The notes beneath the pieces are model-generated. The model was not told where the DNA came from. It saw only the letters and a program-made list of their open reading frames with translations, and ran no database searches. Both the position numbers and the translations under genes were made by a program. From positions 25,041,821 through 25,105,820 of the forward strand of contig NC_092379.1 in NCBI RefSeq assembly GCF_030028105.1: 64,000 nucleotides of DNA, read 5' to 3'. The DNA comes from Mobula birostris (lineage: Eukaryota). This document shows, one piece after another, positions 23,724 to 37,353 of the stretch. The stretch's first letter is position 1, and each line of letters opens with the position of its first letter.

Positions 23724-26160
23724 AGATTATTGTAAGTTCAGCTTTGTTGCGCACGAGGTCAAAACTGTCCGTCATTGAGGGCATCTACAGCTGTTCGGAT
23801 TCTTCAGTAGGCGGCATTCAACGCAAAAAGACAATTAATATCCGGCATGTACTCGTACCATTCCTGCATCGAGAAGGGGTGTGGTAACCAGCATACCGAA
23901 CTGAGCGATTTAGGAATAGGTACAGTATCCTCTCTATCAGCTTTCTGAACGGACCCTAAAACCATGGACACTTAAACGTTATACTATTCTGACAATTTAT
24001 ATTTAATTTATAATGCAGAGCAATTTACCTGATTGCACAGTTATCTTGCTTTAAAGCAACAAAGCTTCAGGCATTTAAGACAAATAATGCTACGTTTCAG
24101 GACAATATTTGTTAATTTATCTAGCACAGCTGATACTGAATTAATACACCACTTCTGTATAATGTGCCATGGATTGTTCGACATGCTTCAAATTATTCAA
24201 TTAGCAAATACACTGGTTTTATGGTCACATTCATGAATAATGGAGGAGATAAGGAAGGACATTATGAAGAACATCACAGGAAGTGGGACACCAAAAAATC
24301 CTGAAAGAATATGGACAGATACTGGAAACAAATCACACTGTTTAAACCTTAAACTGAAGGTGTTATGATGCGTATTGAGTATTGCAGCGGTAGCTTAATA
24401 AGTTGTGTAAGTCTATACACGTTTGAAAAAAAATATATATATATAAATTGTAATTTTAAAAACTGAAAATACTTTTTTTTCATTAATAACCTGATAACAG
24501 TGAAGGCACATTGAAGCTAGTGGATTCACTCAATTTTGACCTTTCTCTATGTCGCCGTCCAAATTATCGTATTTATCAGCAGTTCAGCACCTGAAACACT
24601 ATACTCAGATTGTTCCAATGCTACAAACTGGTTCGTTAAACCTCTGGGACAAATTAATTTCTTACATCGACAGAAATCAAAACTAGCTGGATTATGCGAG
24701 TAGTAAAATAATAGTCGTCCTACTGTTCACTATCTCGAGGTCCACTCTCCTATAGTCCCGCAAGTCTCTGTCAAACCGAAAAGCCGCCTAAACCTGCCTG
24801 TTGTAGGGGCATTCAGCAGCACAATCAAAGAGTTGAAATGCTGGAGACAACAGTTGCTTTATCTGATAAAGTACAATCCATGTGGAATAATAATACGATG
24901 TAATCAGCATACGAAAAGTCACTGAATATATTTTAATAGCGAAAAAGTGTGCACCTTACAAAAAAGACTAAGCAAAGTTCGTAAAGCAGGAGATCGCGCT
25001 CAGTGTCACCTGAACTGCCATTGCTGGTGTCTCGGTGCAGCATTTGAATGTCAGATTTTTGACTGGAAATCGCCACAAATGGCCGAAACGTGAAAACAAT
25101 CGTAAACCAAACAGACAAAAAAGTTGATTGTCGCGTTACCACGAACAGAATTACTTTGCATACAGGAGTTTGCGCAAGACACCGTAACACGTATACAATC
25201 CAGAAACCCGGTGAAACATCATCTTGCATAAAATCGCCGAGAATTCTGCTGTCGTCATAGGCATCCGATAACGTGTGATGCATTTGGAGAGTTCACATAT
25301 TCAGCGGGACAGCGTCAGAATATTCACCTGGTTCATTGGGAAATGTGCGCCTTCACTTATCTGTACCTCGTTCCCGATGGTAGCAATGAGGGCAAGGCAT
25401 GAGCTGGGTGACGGGGTCCATAATGGTGAACGCCGCCTTTTAAAGCTGTCACTCTTTGAAAATGCCGTGGATACGACGAAGGATTGTTCTGGTGATTGTG
25501 TTGATCAGGATTACAACACTCTGCATATAACTTCTATCTTGTGCAGTAGCCCCTGCCCCCTTACCAGGATGATATAGCTAGCTCTAATGCTCTCGACCAT
25601 TCATCTGTAGAGCCTTAAAAAGCTCGGAATATTGAGCTACCAGCCCAGTCCCTCCTGCAATCATGTCTCACTAAACAATAATCGCTGCAATGTAATAATT
25701 CCAAACGTGCATGAATTGCGAAACCTCTTCTATCATTTCTATAATACTCTGGAATTACTCCGGAAGCCACACTACTCTATCTTGTTGTTTATACATATAA
25801 TCAGGGGATTTTGTAATAGTACAATTTCTGCTGCATTGACTGGTATTTACTTGTTTACTTAACAAAGATGTCGTGGAATAATACATATCGACGTGCACAC
25901 ACAGCTTTTCCACATCCTGCACGAAAAATAAAACAATACAAAGTGTAGTACCTGGGCAATTGGTTTTGTAATAGTCTGGCGTTCTTCATCAGCAGACGAT
26001 TTATCAAGCTTGTTCTCTATCTTTACACCACATGGCTATGATTGACTATTTTTCAATTCTGAATGTATGCGCTCGTGCGTTTGTATGTGTGTGCGTGTTT
26101 GTGTGTATGCGTGGAGCGACAGCGAGTGTGCATGTGTGTCAGACTGCCTCTTTATATGTG

Positions 26161-26165
<5 letters not shown>

Positions 26166-26197
<32 letters not shown>
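26166..26197. repeat. (GA)n microsatellite
   Basis: Direct. Confidence 0.95.
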
Positions 26198-26200
<3 letters not shown>

Positions 26201-28904
26201 GTTGGCGAGCGTAACATATTGTTGAAATTTGATTAGACAGGTATTTCCACGTACAGGAACAGGTGAAAATGTAGTGGTGACAGTATGCAAGGAATTAACC
26301 ATGTTTAGGCACAATTGGACCGTCCACATTTATAACAATAGAAAACATTGAACAACAACAGAGATGTATTTACTGAACAGAGCACCCAAATCACTTCCGA
26401 ATTAACAGTGATAAAATGCCTAGTAGCGTTACAAACTTTATAATGCAGTTGGTACAGGAAAGTTAGCTAGTTATCGAGGAAGAAAGTGTGTTTAGGCTCT
26501 CTGTTGAAATAAGAGCTAAACCATGAAGTTGCTCTTGCTGTGTCGTTAGTCTGTCATTTCAAAATTGTATGATCCATTAAATGAAAACAAAGTCGACAAA
26601 ATAAAAAAAAAGGGCCTACCGTGAATGTTCTTAACGCGTGTTTGCAATTAAGTGCATTCAAGTAGATTTACATAATAATAACGAAGAGGATGGTGATTAA
26701 TAGAACAGGATATTTTAGTACACATTTTGACAATAACACAAACTGCGTCGAGCAGTGATAAGAGTAATCTCATTGCGAAATCAGAGTTCTACGATAATGC
26801 AATATGAATGCAGACGTTTCCGTCAAACGCCTCTTTGTCCACTGAAATGCCCCATCAATTTGTCACATTTGCTTATCTTTAGCGATCTGTCTTCAGCTTA
26901 TTTTCTATCTATGTGCCTGTCAAATGTTTGTTGCTGCGTTTGCATCGCCCACATCCTGTTGCATTACATGCCATATGCAAACCATATTACCGTTGAAATA
27001 TTTCCCCCTTCCACTCAATTTCTAGACTAACCCCTCTTATTTAACCGGTGTACTTATTTTGTTGTTGTTTTTTTTCATTCTCTTGACCTGAAAGAGTTTA
27101 AGTGCTCATTAATCTATCTAAATCACTTACTGTTTTATACACCTGTTTATGTGGACACTCTATTTCATAGGCTCCAACAATATGCTTCTCTATCTCGAAC
27201 ACGTTTCTACCTCTTCGGCCGACGAGCCTTCGGACAATTACGCGATAGAGATCCTTCTTGGCACCATTTTGAGATCGACGTCTTTTTGATAACAGGCTAA
27301 CTAAGCGTTGAAAGAATGCACCCCATAGCGTCTAGAGCAACTACAACAAATTGTGCTAACTCTTGTAATCAGTCCTCTGAGTTATAATGCTCAGGGTGCC
27401 AGGAGCATTCTTGTTCAAACTGTCAACCTATGACACTTTTTCAGCGAACGGAGTACTTGCAATCAATGTATTCAGTTAACCATTCAAATAGACCCCAATG
27501 CTCACTGTAGAAGACCCACATGATTTAAATGCACTAAATGCAAATTATCGATCTGGACAGTACGCCTTTTGCAACATCTCTAATCACGATATCACATTTT
27601 AATATTGTCTGCAAAGTCTCCAATCTTGAGCCTACAAACCGCAAGTAAATAGACCAATATTCGGGGCATACTTTTAGTTTCACGGCACTAGACTGAAAGT
27701 GCCCAATTATTTATCATCTCCTTTTTTTCTGCCATCAGTCTGTAGACTTTACAGTTAACCAACTCCATATGAGCCACATCCAATCTAATTTTCCAGACTA
27801 TATTTTCAGGTAGAATTTTCAGGAATGTCTTCTGGAAATACATCCGGAATATTTCTACGATCATGCTGTCATCTGTACCATTCGCAGCCTCTTCAACCAA
27901 ATGTAATTGGCTTTATAGTGACATTCATGCCGTCGTAAAATAATTAAAGTAATACTAATGACTTCCTTTGCGGTCCTTAACAGCTCAAATGTTTGGAGAA
28001 TTGTAAGGCGATAGCAGGTGTGGGGCAACATCTCCAGCTACGGAATCACTGATGCTGCTGTCATGCGACTGTATGAAATTGTCATTTCTAATGCAAAACC
28101 AGTGAAGGTTCACTTATATTTAGCTGAGTACAATGTGAAAAAGAGACAGTGTCTGATAGAACAGCAACAGTATTCATGTGATCAACTATAGAATATAATC
28201 TGTTATTCCGTGATATGAGCATGGTGAGTTCTCTTTAACTTTACTGCCTTCTTCAATTTCATGGTGCGCTATGATGCAAATGTACACAAAGAACAAAGTT
28301 AACGTACATTCTATAATCAAAATGTGCATATTTCACCATTTACAATACTAAGAAACATTCCTTGCGGGCATACATGGTAATTACAAACAGAAAGACACAA
28401 TCAGAATTTACACAGTGAAAATATTCAATGCACATTGAGACAAAGAGAAGGGGAATCCTTGATATTTGATCCAATTTAGGTTTGGGTTTAATGAAGTTCA
28501 TTGTAATCATCCCATTTGAAACAAGGGTCTTATAGTCGTGAGTAAACACTGCTACTTAACGTGAGTTTGAAGTCTCTTGTGCCTCCTTCCTGATCGCTGG
28601 AGCGTCAAGAAGCGTGCCCTGAATAATGGGGTCGCTTGATGATGGATGTTGCTTTCCTGCGCAAGCACTCATGGCAGCAACACTGTTCATACAACCATTT
28701 CGACATTCAGTATTATATCTAGATGTCTATTATAATCGATCGATTGTTATATCACGTTCAGGACTCTAACTCTCTAATACTGGTTCACGCTTGTGTTTAC
28801 AGCAAGGTATGTTTTTTTTTATGCGTACGTATTTCAAAACAAGATTTTGTTGAATGACGCTGGCCGCTCGTCTGTCACTGTGTAAGTAAACGGATTGAGT
28901 TAAA

Positions 28905-29810
28905 CTGCAACACACATACAATGCTGCTGGAACGCAGCAGGCTAGATAGCATCTAGAGGAAAACAGTATAGTCGACGCTTCGGGCCGAGACCCATGTCAG
29001 GACTAACTGAAAGAAGAGATAGTGCGAAATTTGAAAGTAGAAGGGGGAGCGGGCGATCCGAAATGATACGAGAGGACAGGAGAGGGGAGGACAGAGGCTA
29101 AGAGCTGGAAAGTTGATTGGCAAAACGGATAGAGAGTTGGAAAAGGGGGAGGATAATGGGACAGGAGGCTTAGGGAGACAGGAAGGGGAAGGCGAGCCAA
29201 GAGGAAGATGGAGAGCAGGCAAGGAGTGAATGTGAGAGGTACAGCAAGAGAAGAAAAAGAAGAGGGTGATATAAATAAATAAGGGATTGGGTAAGAAGGG
29301 GAGGAAGGACATAAAGGGAAGTTCGAGAAATCAATGTTCATATCACCAGTTTGGAATCTACCCAGATGGAATATAAGGTGTTTTTTTTCTCCAACCTGTT
29401 TGTGGCTTCTCCTTGACAGAGCAAAATGGGAATGGGACTTGCAATTAAAATGGGTGGCCAGTGGGAAATTTTGCTTTCTCTGGAGGACAGAACGTAGGTG
29501 TTCAGCGAAACCGTCTCCCAGTCTGCGTAGTGTCTCACCAATACATAGGAGGCAACAGCGGGAGGACCGGACGCAGGGTATCACACCAGCCGGCTCATAG
29601 GTGAAGTGTGGGCTCACCTGGATGGACTGTCTAGGGCCCTGAATGGTAGCTAAGGAGGAAATGTAAGGATAGGTGTATCACCTGTTCTGCTTACAAGTAT
29701 AAGTGCCGGGAGAGAGATCGGTTGGACAGGATGGGGATAACGAATGGACAAGGGAGTCGCAGACGACGCGATTCCTGCGGAAATCAGAAAGAGGGGTGGA
29801 TTTAATCTTG
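28905..29810 (-). mobile_element. Penelope-like element 3' part (GIY-YIG endonuclease remnant + pLTR)
   Basis: ORF 29003-29617 contains CIGETLRRLGDGFAEHLRSV (GIY-YIG YIGET..RL..RF.EH motif); hammerhead-like motif near the 3' end. Confidence 0.85.
28969..29005 (-). ncRNA. Decayed minimal type-I hammerhead ribozyme motif (Penelope pLTR)
   Basis: UAGUC-CUGACAU-GGG UCUCGG CCC-GAAG-CGUC-GACUA: stem I and stem II intact, core mutated (CUGANGA>CUGACAU, GAAA>GAAG). Confidence 0.6.
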
Positions 29811-29814
29811 AGTC

Positions 29815-29974
29815 TAGAGGAGGCCACTCACAATTACTCCTTGCCTGCTTTCGTCCCTCTCACAATCACTCCGTGATTGCTTTCCATTTTCCTCTGGGCT
29901 CTCCTGCCCCTTCCTTCTCATAGGCCGCCTGTCCCATGATCCTCCGCTTTTTCGAACTCTATATCACTTTTGCC
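29815..29974 (+). mobile_element. Penelope-like inverted pLTR fragment, left part (split by RTE insertion)
   Basis: Inverted homology to ~29130-29300; continues at 37354-37620 after the 9-bp TSD acttttgcc. Confidence 0.6.
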
Positions 29975-30119
29975 CTTCTCCGTGGATTGTCACCTTGTCG
30001 CGGTGGAGAGGCTTGTGATGTCCTGAGATCCCGAGAACGATGCCGTCTAGAGCTACGCAACTGGTAGGGTCACCCATGGTGGTATGTTCGAGGGTGAGGT
30101 CCCTGACAAAGAACATTCC
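29975..30119 (+). ncRNA. HDV-like self-cleaving ribozyme candidate at the RTE 5' end
   Basis: P1 CUUCUCC(29975-81)/GGAGAGG(30005-11); P2 GGAUUGU(29984-90)/ACAUUCC(30113-19), one U-U mismatch; P3 ACC/GGU; L3 UUGUCGC; J4/2 C30107-AAAG-A. P1 starts at the first base after the TSD. Confidence 0.68.
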
Positions 30120-32384
30120 AACCAAGACCTCAACGGTGGAACAGGCGGACGATGTTACCTCAAACTCAACAACTGAGAAAGCGAATGAAGGCTGCAACAA
30201 ATCTATCAGCTCCAATCGTGGTGGTTTCATACCATTAGAATCAATTGGTTGATTTGTGAAGAAACGTGTGTTTCTTGAAGTGCAACATCAAGTACACGCT
30301 AAAGAAACAAACACACAGGCGTCTTCGCTCTGTGATCCACTTCAAGTCTTTCAACGATCGGGGAACGGCGACGGGAGCAGGCAATATGATGTCCGGAAGC
30401 TCCTCGTCAAGAACCAGCACGGAAGCGGTGAATACTTGTTTCAATAGCTCAGCTTTTGGACAAAAGCAGGAAAGTTGTTCGGCAGCCGTTTTCACATTTG
30501 AGCAGCCCTTTATTTGGATCCACTCTGCTCACCCTGAGCTATGAAGGGGCTATAAAAGATGCCCTAAAATATTCTGTTTCACCTCATCCTGTATGGAAAG
30601 CCGTGTCCAGAGGGATCACCTTCATGCGGTCAATAATCATCGAGAAGTGAAACTATGAAATTTGGAACCTGGAATATACGAACTCTGATGGATAACCCGA
30701 ACTCAGACCGACCAGAGAGGAGAACTACCTTTGTTGCCCGGGAACACCAAAAAAAAAAATCAACTTTGACATAGTTGCTCTGAGTCAGACCCGCAGAGCT
30801 GGAGAAGGGCAACTAAAGGAAGAGCAAGGTCAACGCAACCTTTTTTTTTTCTGGAAGGACTTGATCCTGAACAATCAAAGATCCATAGAGTAGGTTTTGC
30901 CATCCGAAAGAGCCTACTTCAGAAGCTGACAGAGCAACCACTGGGAATCAACGAGCGTCTCATGGTTCTGCGAATCCAGCTTTTCAAGAACCTACACGCC
31001 AGCATCATCAGCACCTATGCTCCAACTCTGGATGCTGAAGGTGAAGTGAAGATCAACTTTACCAGGTCCTTTCTTCCGTTCCCAACAACGACAAGATGAT
31101 TCTTTTGGGAGACTTCATTGCCAGAGTCCGGAAAATTCATAGCCTCTCTCCGGCTTAATTAGCAAGGAAGGAGTTTGCAAGATTACGCCAATGGAACACT
31201 CCTCCTCACTAAATGTGCTGAACACAAACTGGTGATTACAAAGACCCTATTTCGCCAGAAAAAACAGGCACAAAGTCGCTTGGCAGCATCCACACTCCAA
31301 TTACTGGCACTCCATCAACTACATCATCGTATGATCTCGGGGCCAACAAGATGTACTGATAGCGAGAGCTGTTAGTTGAGCTGACGAGTTGAGCTGACAG
31401 ACCATCGACTCATCTCGTCCACCATGAGAATGAAAATTCGGCCCTAAAGGAAACCGCCAAATCAGAACACTATTAAGATATTTAATGCTGACTTCATTCA
31501 AGGCATCAGCCATGTATAGAAGTTTCAGAACAATCGTCAAGAACAACTACCTCAACAAACCCCACCATATGTAGAAGAAGACTGGAATCATTTGAAGAAT
31601 ACAATCATCAGCTCCTGCAAATAAACAGTTGGGTTCAAGACGAAAAAACAACATGATTGGTTCGATTATAACGACAATTACTCCAACAACTCATCGACGA
31701 TAAGAGAAGAAGTTTCAATACCTTGCAAAATGACCAACAATCAGCTACCAAAAGGAAACACTATCAGGAATGTAAGGCTGCAGTCCAGAAGAGCAGCCGA
31801 ACCTGAAAAAAAAAAACAATGGTGGAGGAATAAATCTCTGGTAATCCAACAACCAACGGAATCCAAACACACTCAAGGCTTTTTCAACGCAACTACAGCT
31901 ATTTTTGGCCATTCCGCTCGTGGTAAAGCCCCTCTCAAAAGCAAAGATGGTTCAATCATCCTGAAGAGCCATGCTGACATTAATTCGAGATGGAGGGATC
32001 ACTTTGAAGATCTTCTAAATCAAACAGTCTCATTTAGCAGGAATGTGATTAACACCATTCCAAGACAGCCCGTTGACAAATCCCGAAGCAAAGTACCAAC
32101 ATTTGAAGAAGTCAATAAAGCCATCAAAACCTCGAAAAACATCAAGGCAACTGGACTCGATGGAATACCAGCCGAGGTCTGCTAAAATTGGAGGTAACCC
32201 GCATCATTATCAACTCCATCAACTTCTCATCAAGATATGGATAAATGAAGAAGTACCAGCAGACTTTAGAGACTCAGCAATCGTTACCATCTACAAAAGG
32301 AAAGACGATCGATCCGAATACAGAAACTATTGTGGAATTTCCCCGTTAGTCACAGCAGGAAATATCCTCACCCGTATCATGAAC

Positions 32385-34607
32385 ACCGGTCTGGTCCTAG
32401 GGTTGAGGTTCTTAACTGGAAGAAGGCCAAATTTGAAGAAATGAGAAAGGATCGAAAAAGCGTGGATGGGGACAGATTGTTCTCTGGCATGGATGTGATC
32501 GGTAGGTGGGAAGCCTTCAAAGCAGAAATTTTGAGAGTGCAGAATTTGTATGTTCCTGTCAGGATTAAAGGCAAGGCCAATGGGAATAAGGAACCTTATT
32601 TTTCAAGGGATATTGCAACTCTGATAAAGAAGAAGAGGGAGTTGTATGACGTGTATAGGAAGCAGGGAGTAAATAAGGTGCTTGAGGAGTATAAGAAGTG
32701 CAAGAAAATACTTAAGAAAGAAATCAGGAGGGCTATAAGAAGACACGAGGTTGCCTTGGCAGTCAAAACGAAGGATAATCCACAGAGCTTTTATAGTTAT
32801 ATTAAGAGCAAAAGGATTGTAAGTGATAAAATTGGTCCTCTTGAAGATCAGAGTGGTCGGCTATGTGCGGAACCAAAGGAAATGGGGGAGATCTTAAATA
32901 GTTTTTTTTTTGCATCTGTTTTTACTAAGGAAACTGGCATGAAGTCTATGGAATTAAGGGAAACAAGTAGTGAGATCATGGAAACTGTACAGATTGAAAA
33001 GGAGGAGGTCGTTGCTGTCTTGAGGAAAATTAAAGTGGATAAATCCCCGGGACCTGACAGGGTGTTCCCTCGGACCTTGAAGGAGACTAGTGTTGAAATT
33101 GCAGGGGCCCTGGCTGAAATATTTAAAATGTCGCTGTCTACAGGTGAGGTGCCGGAGGATTGCAGAGTAGCTCATGTTGTTTCGTTGTTTAAAATAGGAT
33201 CGAAAAGTAATCCGGGAAATTGTAGGGCAGTAAGTTTAATGTCGGTAGTAGGTAAGTTATTGGAGGGAGTACAAAGAGGCAGAATCTGCAAGCATTTCGA
33301 TAGTCCGGGACTTATTAGGGATAGTCAACATGGCTTTGTGCATGGTAGGTCATGTTTGACCAATGTATTAGAGTTTTTCGAGGAGGTTACCAGGAAAGTG
33401 GATGAAGCGAAGACAGTGGATATTGTCTACGTGGACTTCAGTAAGGCCTTTGACAAGGTCCCGCATGGGAGGTTAGTTAGGAAAACTCAGTCGCTAGGTA
33501 TACATGGAGAGGTGGTAAATTGGATTAGACATTGGCTCGATGGAAGAAGCCAGAGAGTGATGATAGAGAATTGATTCTCTGAGTGGAAGCCTGTGACTAG
33601 TGGTGTGCCACAGGGATCAGTGTTGGGTCCGTTGTTATTTGTCATCTATATCAATGATCTGGATGATAATGTGGTAAATTGGATCAGCAAGTTTGCTGAT
33701 GATGCAAAGATTGGAGGTGTAGTAGACAGTGAAGAAGGTTTTCAGAGCCTGCAGAGGGACTTGGACGAGCTGGAAAAATGGGGTAAAAAATGGCAGATGG
33801 AGTTTAATACTGACAAGTGTGAGGTATTGCACGTTGGAAGGACAAACCAACGTAGAACATACAGGGTTAATGGTAAGGCACTGAAGAGTGCAGTGGAACA
33901 GAGAGATCTGGAAATACAGATACAAAATTCCCTAAAAGTGGAGTCACAGGTCGATAGGGTCGTAAAGAGGGCTTTTGGTGCATTTGCCTTTATTAATCAA
34001 AGTATTGAGTATAAGAGCTGGAATGTTATGATGAGGTTGTATAAGGCATTGGTGAGGCCGAATCTGGAGTATTGTGTTCAGTTTTAGTCACCAAATTACA
34101 GGAAGGATATAAATAAGGTTGAAAGAGTGCAGAGAAGGTTTACAAGATGTTGCCGGGACTTGAGAAACTCAGTTACAGAGAAAGGTTGAATAGGTTGGGT
34201 CTTTATTCCCTGGAGCGTAGAAGAATGAGGGGAGATTATAGAGGTATATAAAATTATGGTGGGTATAGATAGAGTGAATGCAAGCAGCCTTTTTCCACTG
34301 AGGCAAGGGGAGAAAAAAAAAAAAACAGAGGACATGGGTTTAGGGTGAGGGGGGGAAGTTTAAAGGGAACATTAGGGGCGGCTTTTTCACACAGAGAGTG
34401 GTGGGAATATGGAATGAGCTGCCAGACGAGGTGGTAAATGCGGGTTCTTTTTTTAACATTTAAGAATAAATTGGACAGATATATGGATCGGAGGTGTACG
34501 GAGGGATATTGTCCGTGTGCAGGTCAGTGGGACGAGGCAGAGAATGGTTCGGCACAGCCAAAAAGGGCCAAAAGGGCTGTTTCTGTGCTGTAGTTTCTAT
34601 GGTTTCT
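32385..34607 (+). mobile_element. Young 5'-truncated CR1 LINE inserted in the RTE
   Basis: ORFs 32330-33574 and 33593-34087 are in the same frame, separated by one TGA (TGC in the sister copy); SGVPQGSVLGPLLF, FADD; gtttctat tail. Confidence 0.93.
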
Positions 34608-35771
34608 AATCGGCTCAAACTTCTAGCTGAGAAGATCGTTCCGGAGACACAAGCCGGTTTTAGACCATCACGTGGAGCAATCGCCATGATCTTCACAGTG
34701 CGATAACTACAAGAAAAATGTCGTGAACAATTTCAACCTTTGTACATGGCATTCATCGACCTCACGAAAGCATTTGACTCTTTATCAAGGGACCTCCTAT
34801 GGGATGTCCTATCCATCTATCAGTGCCCTGAAAAGTACATTCGAATCCAGAGACTCCTCCACGATAGCATGCCTACCACAGTCATGGTCAGCAACAGTAA
34901 CTGTGAGACTTTTCAAGTTAAATCAGGAGTAAAACAGGGATGCGTGATTGTTTCAACTTTGTTCACCATCTTCATTACGACAATCATCCTCATTATCAAG
35001 GAAGACCTACCCCCAGTAATCGAAATTGTCTACAGAACAGATGGCAGACTTTTCAATCTTGCCCCTCTCAAGTCCAAAACGAAGGCATTCATGGGTTTCC
35101 TCATCGAGTTCCAATACGCACATGACAACAGTGTTGCAGCTCTTTCGGAAAACTACCTACAACAGATTCTGACTACCTTCAAACGTGCATACACGAAACT
35201 TGGATTTACCATCAATTCTTGAAGACTCAGACCATCTATCAACCGTCACCAATTGAGATAAATCTGATAGAACCATCCATTCAATTTGGCGAAACCACCC
35301 TGGAAAACGTGGACCACCTTCCGTATCTTTGAAGTCACCTCTCCTCCAATGTCGACCTCAATGACGAGAATCATCATCGGCTTAAGTGCGCTGGAACAGC
35401 TTCTGGACGTCTCCGAACAAGAGTCTTTCACGATCGTGACATCCGAACAGACACCAACATGTTAGTGTACAAAGCAGTGGTAATCCCAACGCTCCTGTAT
35501 GCATCAGAAACTTGGACAGCATACCGATGACATCTGAAGGCACTTGAAATGGACAATCAATGTTGTCTTCGAAACATCTCAAATATCAGCTGGGAGGATA
35601 GAAGAACCAACGTCAGTGTGCTAAATGAAGCAAAAACAAGAGACATTGAAACCTACGTCATCAAGAACCAACTAAGGTGGAGCGGTCATGTTGTTCGGAT
35701 GAAAGACGAAGGTATTCCGAAATAATTCTTCTACTCCCATATTAAAGAAGGAAAACTTAAGAGAGGCAGAC

Positions 35772-37028
35772 TGTCATGGTCCGGTCCGCGAAGTCCACAT
35801 TCCAGTTCACGGTCCGGTCCTTGGACTCAGGACTCCGGGACTTCCAGCTGTGCTATGTTTTGATTAAGTTAAGCATAGACACCTGATTCCCAAATTTGGG
35901 GCCTGGAATATAACTAGCCTTGGAGTTGAGTGTGGGCTGCTGGTTTGTCTTGTCAGTTCCCCTTGGAGCAACCTGCTGATGGAAGGCTAGTGAAACCATT
36001 CGTGATCTCTAGACCTGGTGGGAGGAACAGGGCTTCATGGAGCCTTATTCCCACATGTCGGAACAGTTATCGTGGTATGGATGTGGCTACTTCTGTAACT
36101 AGCAACGGTGGCTGGCTGCACCGAGACTCAGAGCCAACCCGGATTGAGCTCCTTTCCTGTCCCTGCCTCCGTTGGATAAGCCAGGCCGTAATTGCCGTTA
36201 CCCTGCGGTTAGCTTTGTCCTTTCCTGTCCCTTATCTCCGACAGATAAGCAGGCCGTTTGCCGTTACCCTGCGGTTGTGACGGTCCCTCCCTGTCCTTAC
36301 CTCCGTGAGGTGAAGTTCCTGTCCAGGAGTTCCGCGTCCTGCCTGGGTGATCCGCATCCTGCCCAGGAGAAGCTCCAAGTACCCAAGCCTCGAGGATCTC
36401 AAGCCAAGCTCCTAGAACCCAAGCTTCCAGGTTTCCAAGCCAAGCTACAAGTACCCAAGCCAGGAGGATCCCAAGCCAAGCTCCAAGAACCCAAGCCTCG
36501 ATGATCCCATCCAAGCTCCAAGAACACTAGCCTCGAGGATACCAAGCCAAGCTCCAAGAACACTAGCCTCGAATATCCCAACCCAGGATCCAAAAACCCA
36601 AACCTGAAGTCCCCAGCTTCCAAGCTCAAGACCCAAGGCACCAGCGCTGCAGCCAAGCTCAAGACCCAACGCCCCAGCCTGCAGCCAAGCTCAAGACCCA
36701 AAACCCCAGCCCCTCTCCAAGCTCAGGCGTCTAGACCCCAGCCACTTCCTATTCTGAAGCCATGTCATGTCCTTGTCTAATTTTGGGGTCCAAGCCCTAG
36801 GCAAGACCAAGTTCTGGGTACTTGTCCAGTCTCGGGCTCGGAGTCGAAGCCTTGTCCCCCAGTACATGGTTTCTTGTCTTGGTCCCGCATTCCCTAGCCC
36901 AGGTCTGCGTTCCTGTCCTTGCTCTTTGCCTTTATCCTGTCACGTCCCTACTCTTGTAAAGTCCTGTTCCTTGTACGTCAGCGTCTGCGTCTCGCATTTG
37001 GGTCCGTTTCCAGCACCCCATTGTGACA
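35772..37028 (+). mobile_element. Solo LTR, family copy 2 (inserted in RTE ORF)
   Basis: TGTCATGG...TTGTGACA; flanks cagac/cggac; removing it restores RTE aagagagg-cggac-aacagaagagattcaaagac. Confidence 0.88.
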
Positions 37029-37353
37029 CGGACAACAGAAGAGATTCAAAGACGTCTTAAAAAACAACATGAAGGAATTTAATATCGACATAACAATTGG
37101 GAAACAAATGCAAGCCATCATCCGAGAAGGAACAGCAACTTTCGTGGTCAACAAATGTGCAGAATTAGAAGAAAAGAGAAGAAAATTGAAAGATACGTAA
37201 CAACAACCAATGACCGATCTGTCACCTGGAACTGTTCTGAATGCGGAAGATCGTTCAAGGCCAAGACTGGATTCATAAGCCACTTGAGAGCCCATAAGTA
37301 GATCACAGAACGAAGACCATCATCCTCGACCTCGACCGATAGCTACGGCGATT

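Larger units (their letters stand above)
29975..37353 (+). mobile_element. Full-length RTE-clade LINE (~3.9 kb of own sequence) with nested CR1 and solo LTR
   Basis: TSD acttttgcc at 29966-29974 and 37354-37362; EN start MKFGTWNIRTLMD at 30655; RT motifs AFIDLTKAFDSL, GVKQGC, FQYAHD (ORF 34740-35222); coding resumes across both insertions; frameshifts and stops present. Confidence 0.9.

Noticed and set aside
24933-25283. 116-aa minus-strand ORF and the + strand IQKPGE motif
   Set aside because: No V-domain cysteines at correct spacing, no splice or RSS context, and no recognisable family.
28411-28449. CACAGTG with ACAAAGAGA at 22-nt spacing
   Set aside because: Weak nonamer, off spacing and no V- or D-like coding sequence upstream; at most a cryptic RSS.
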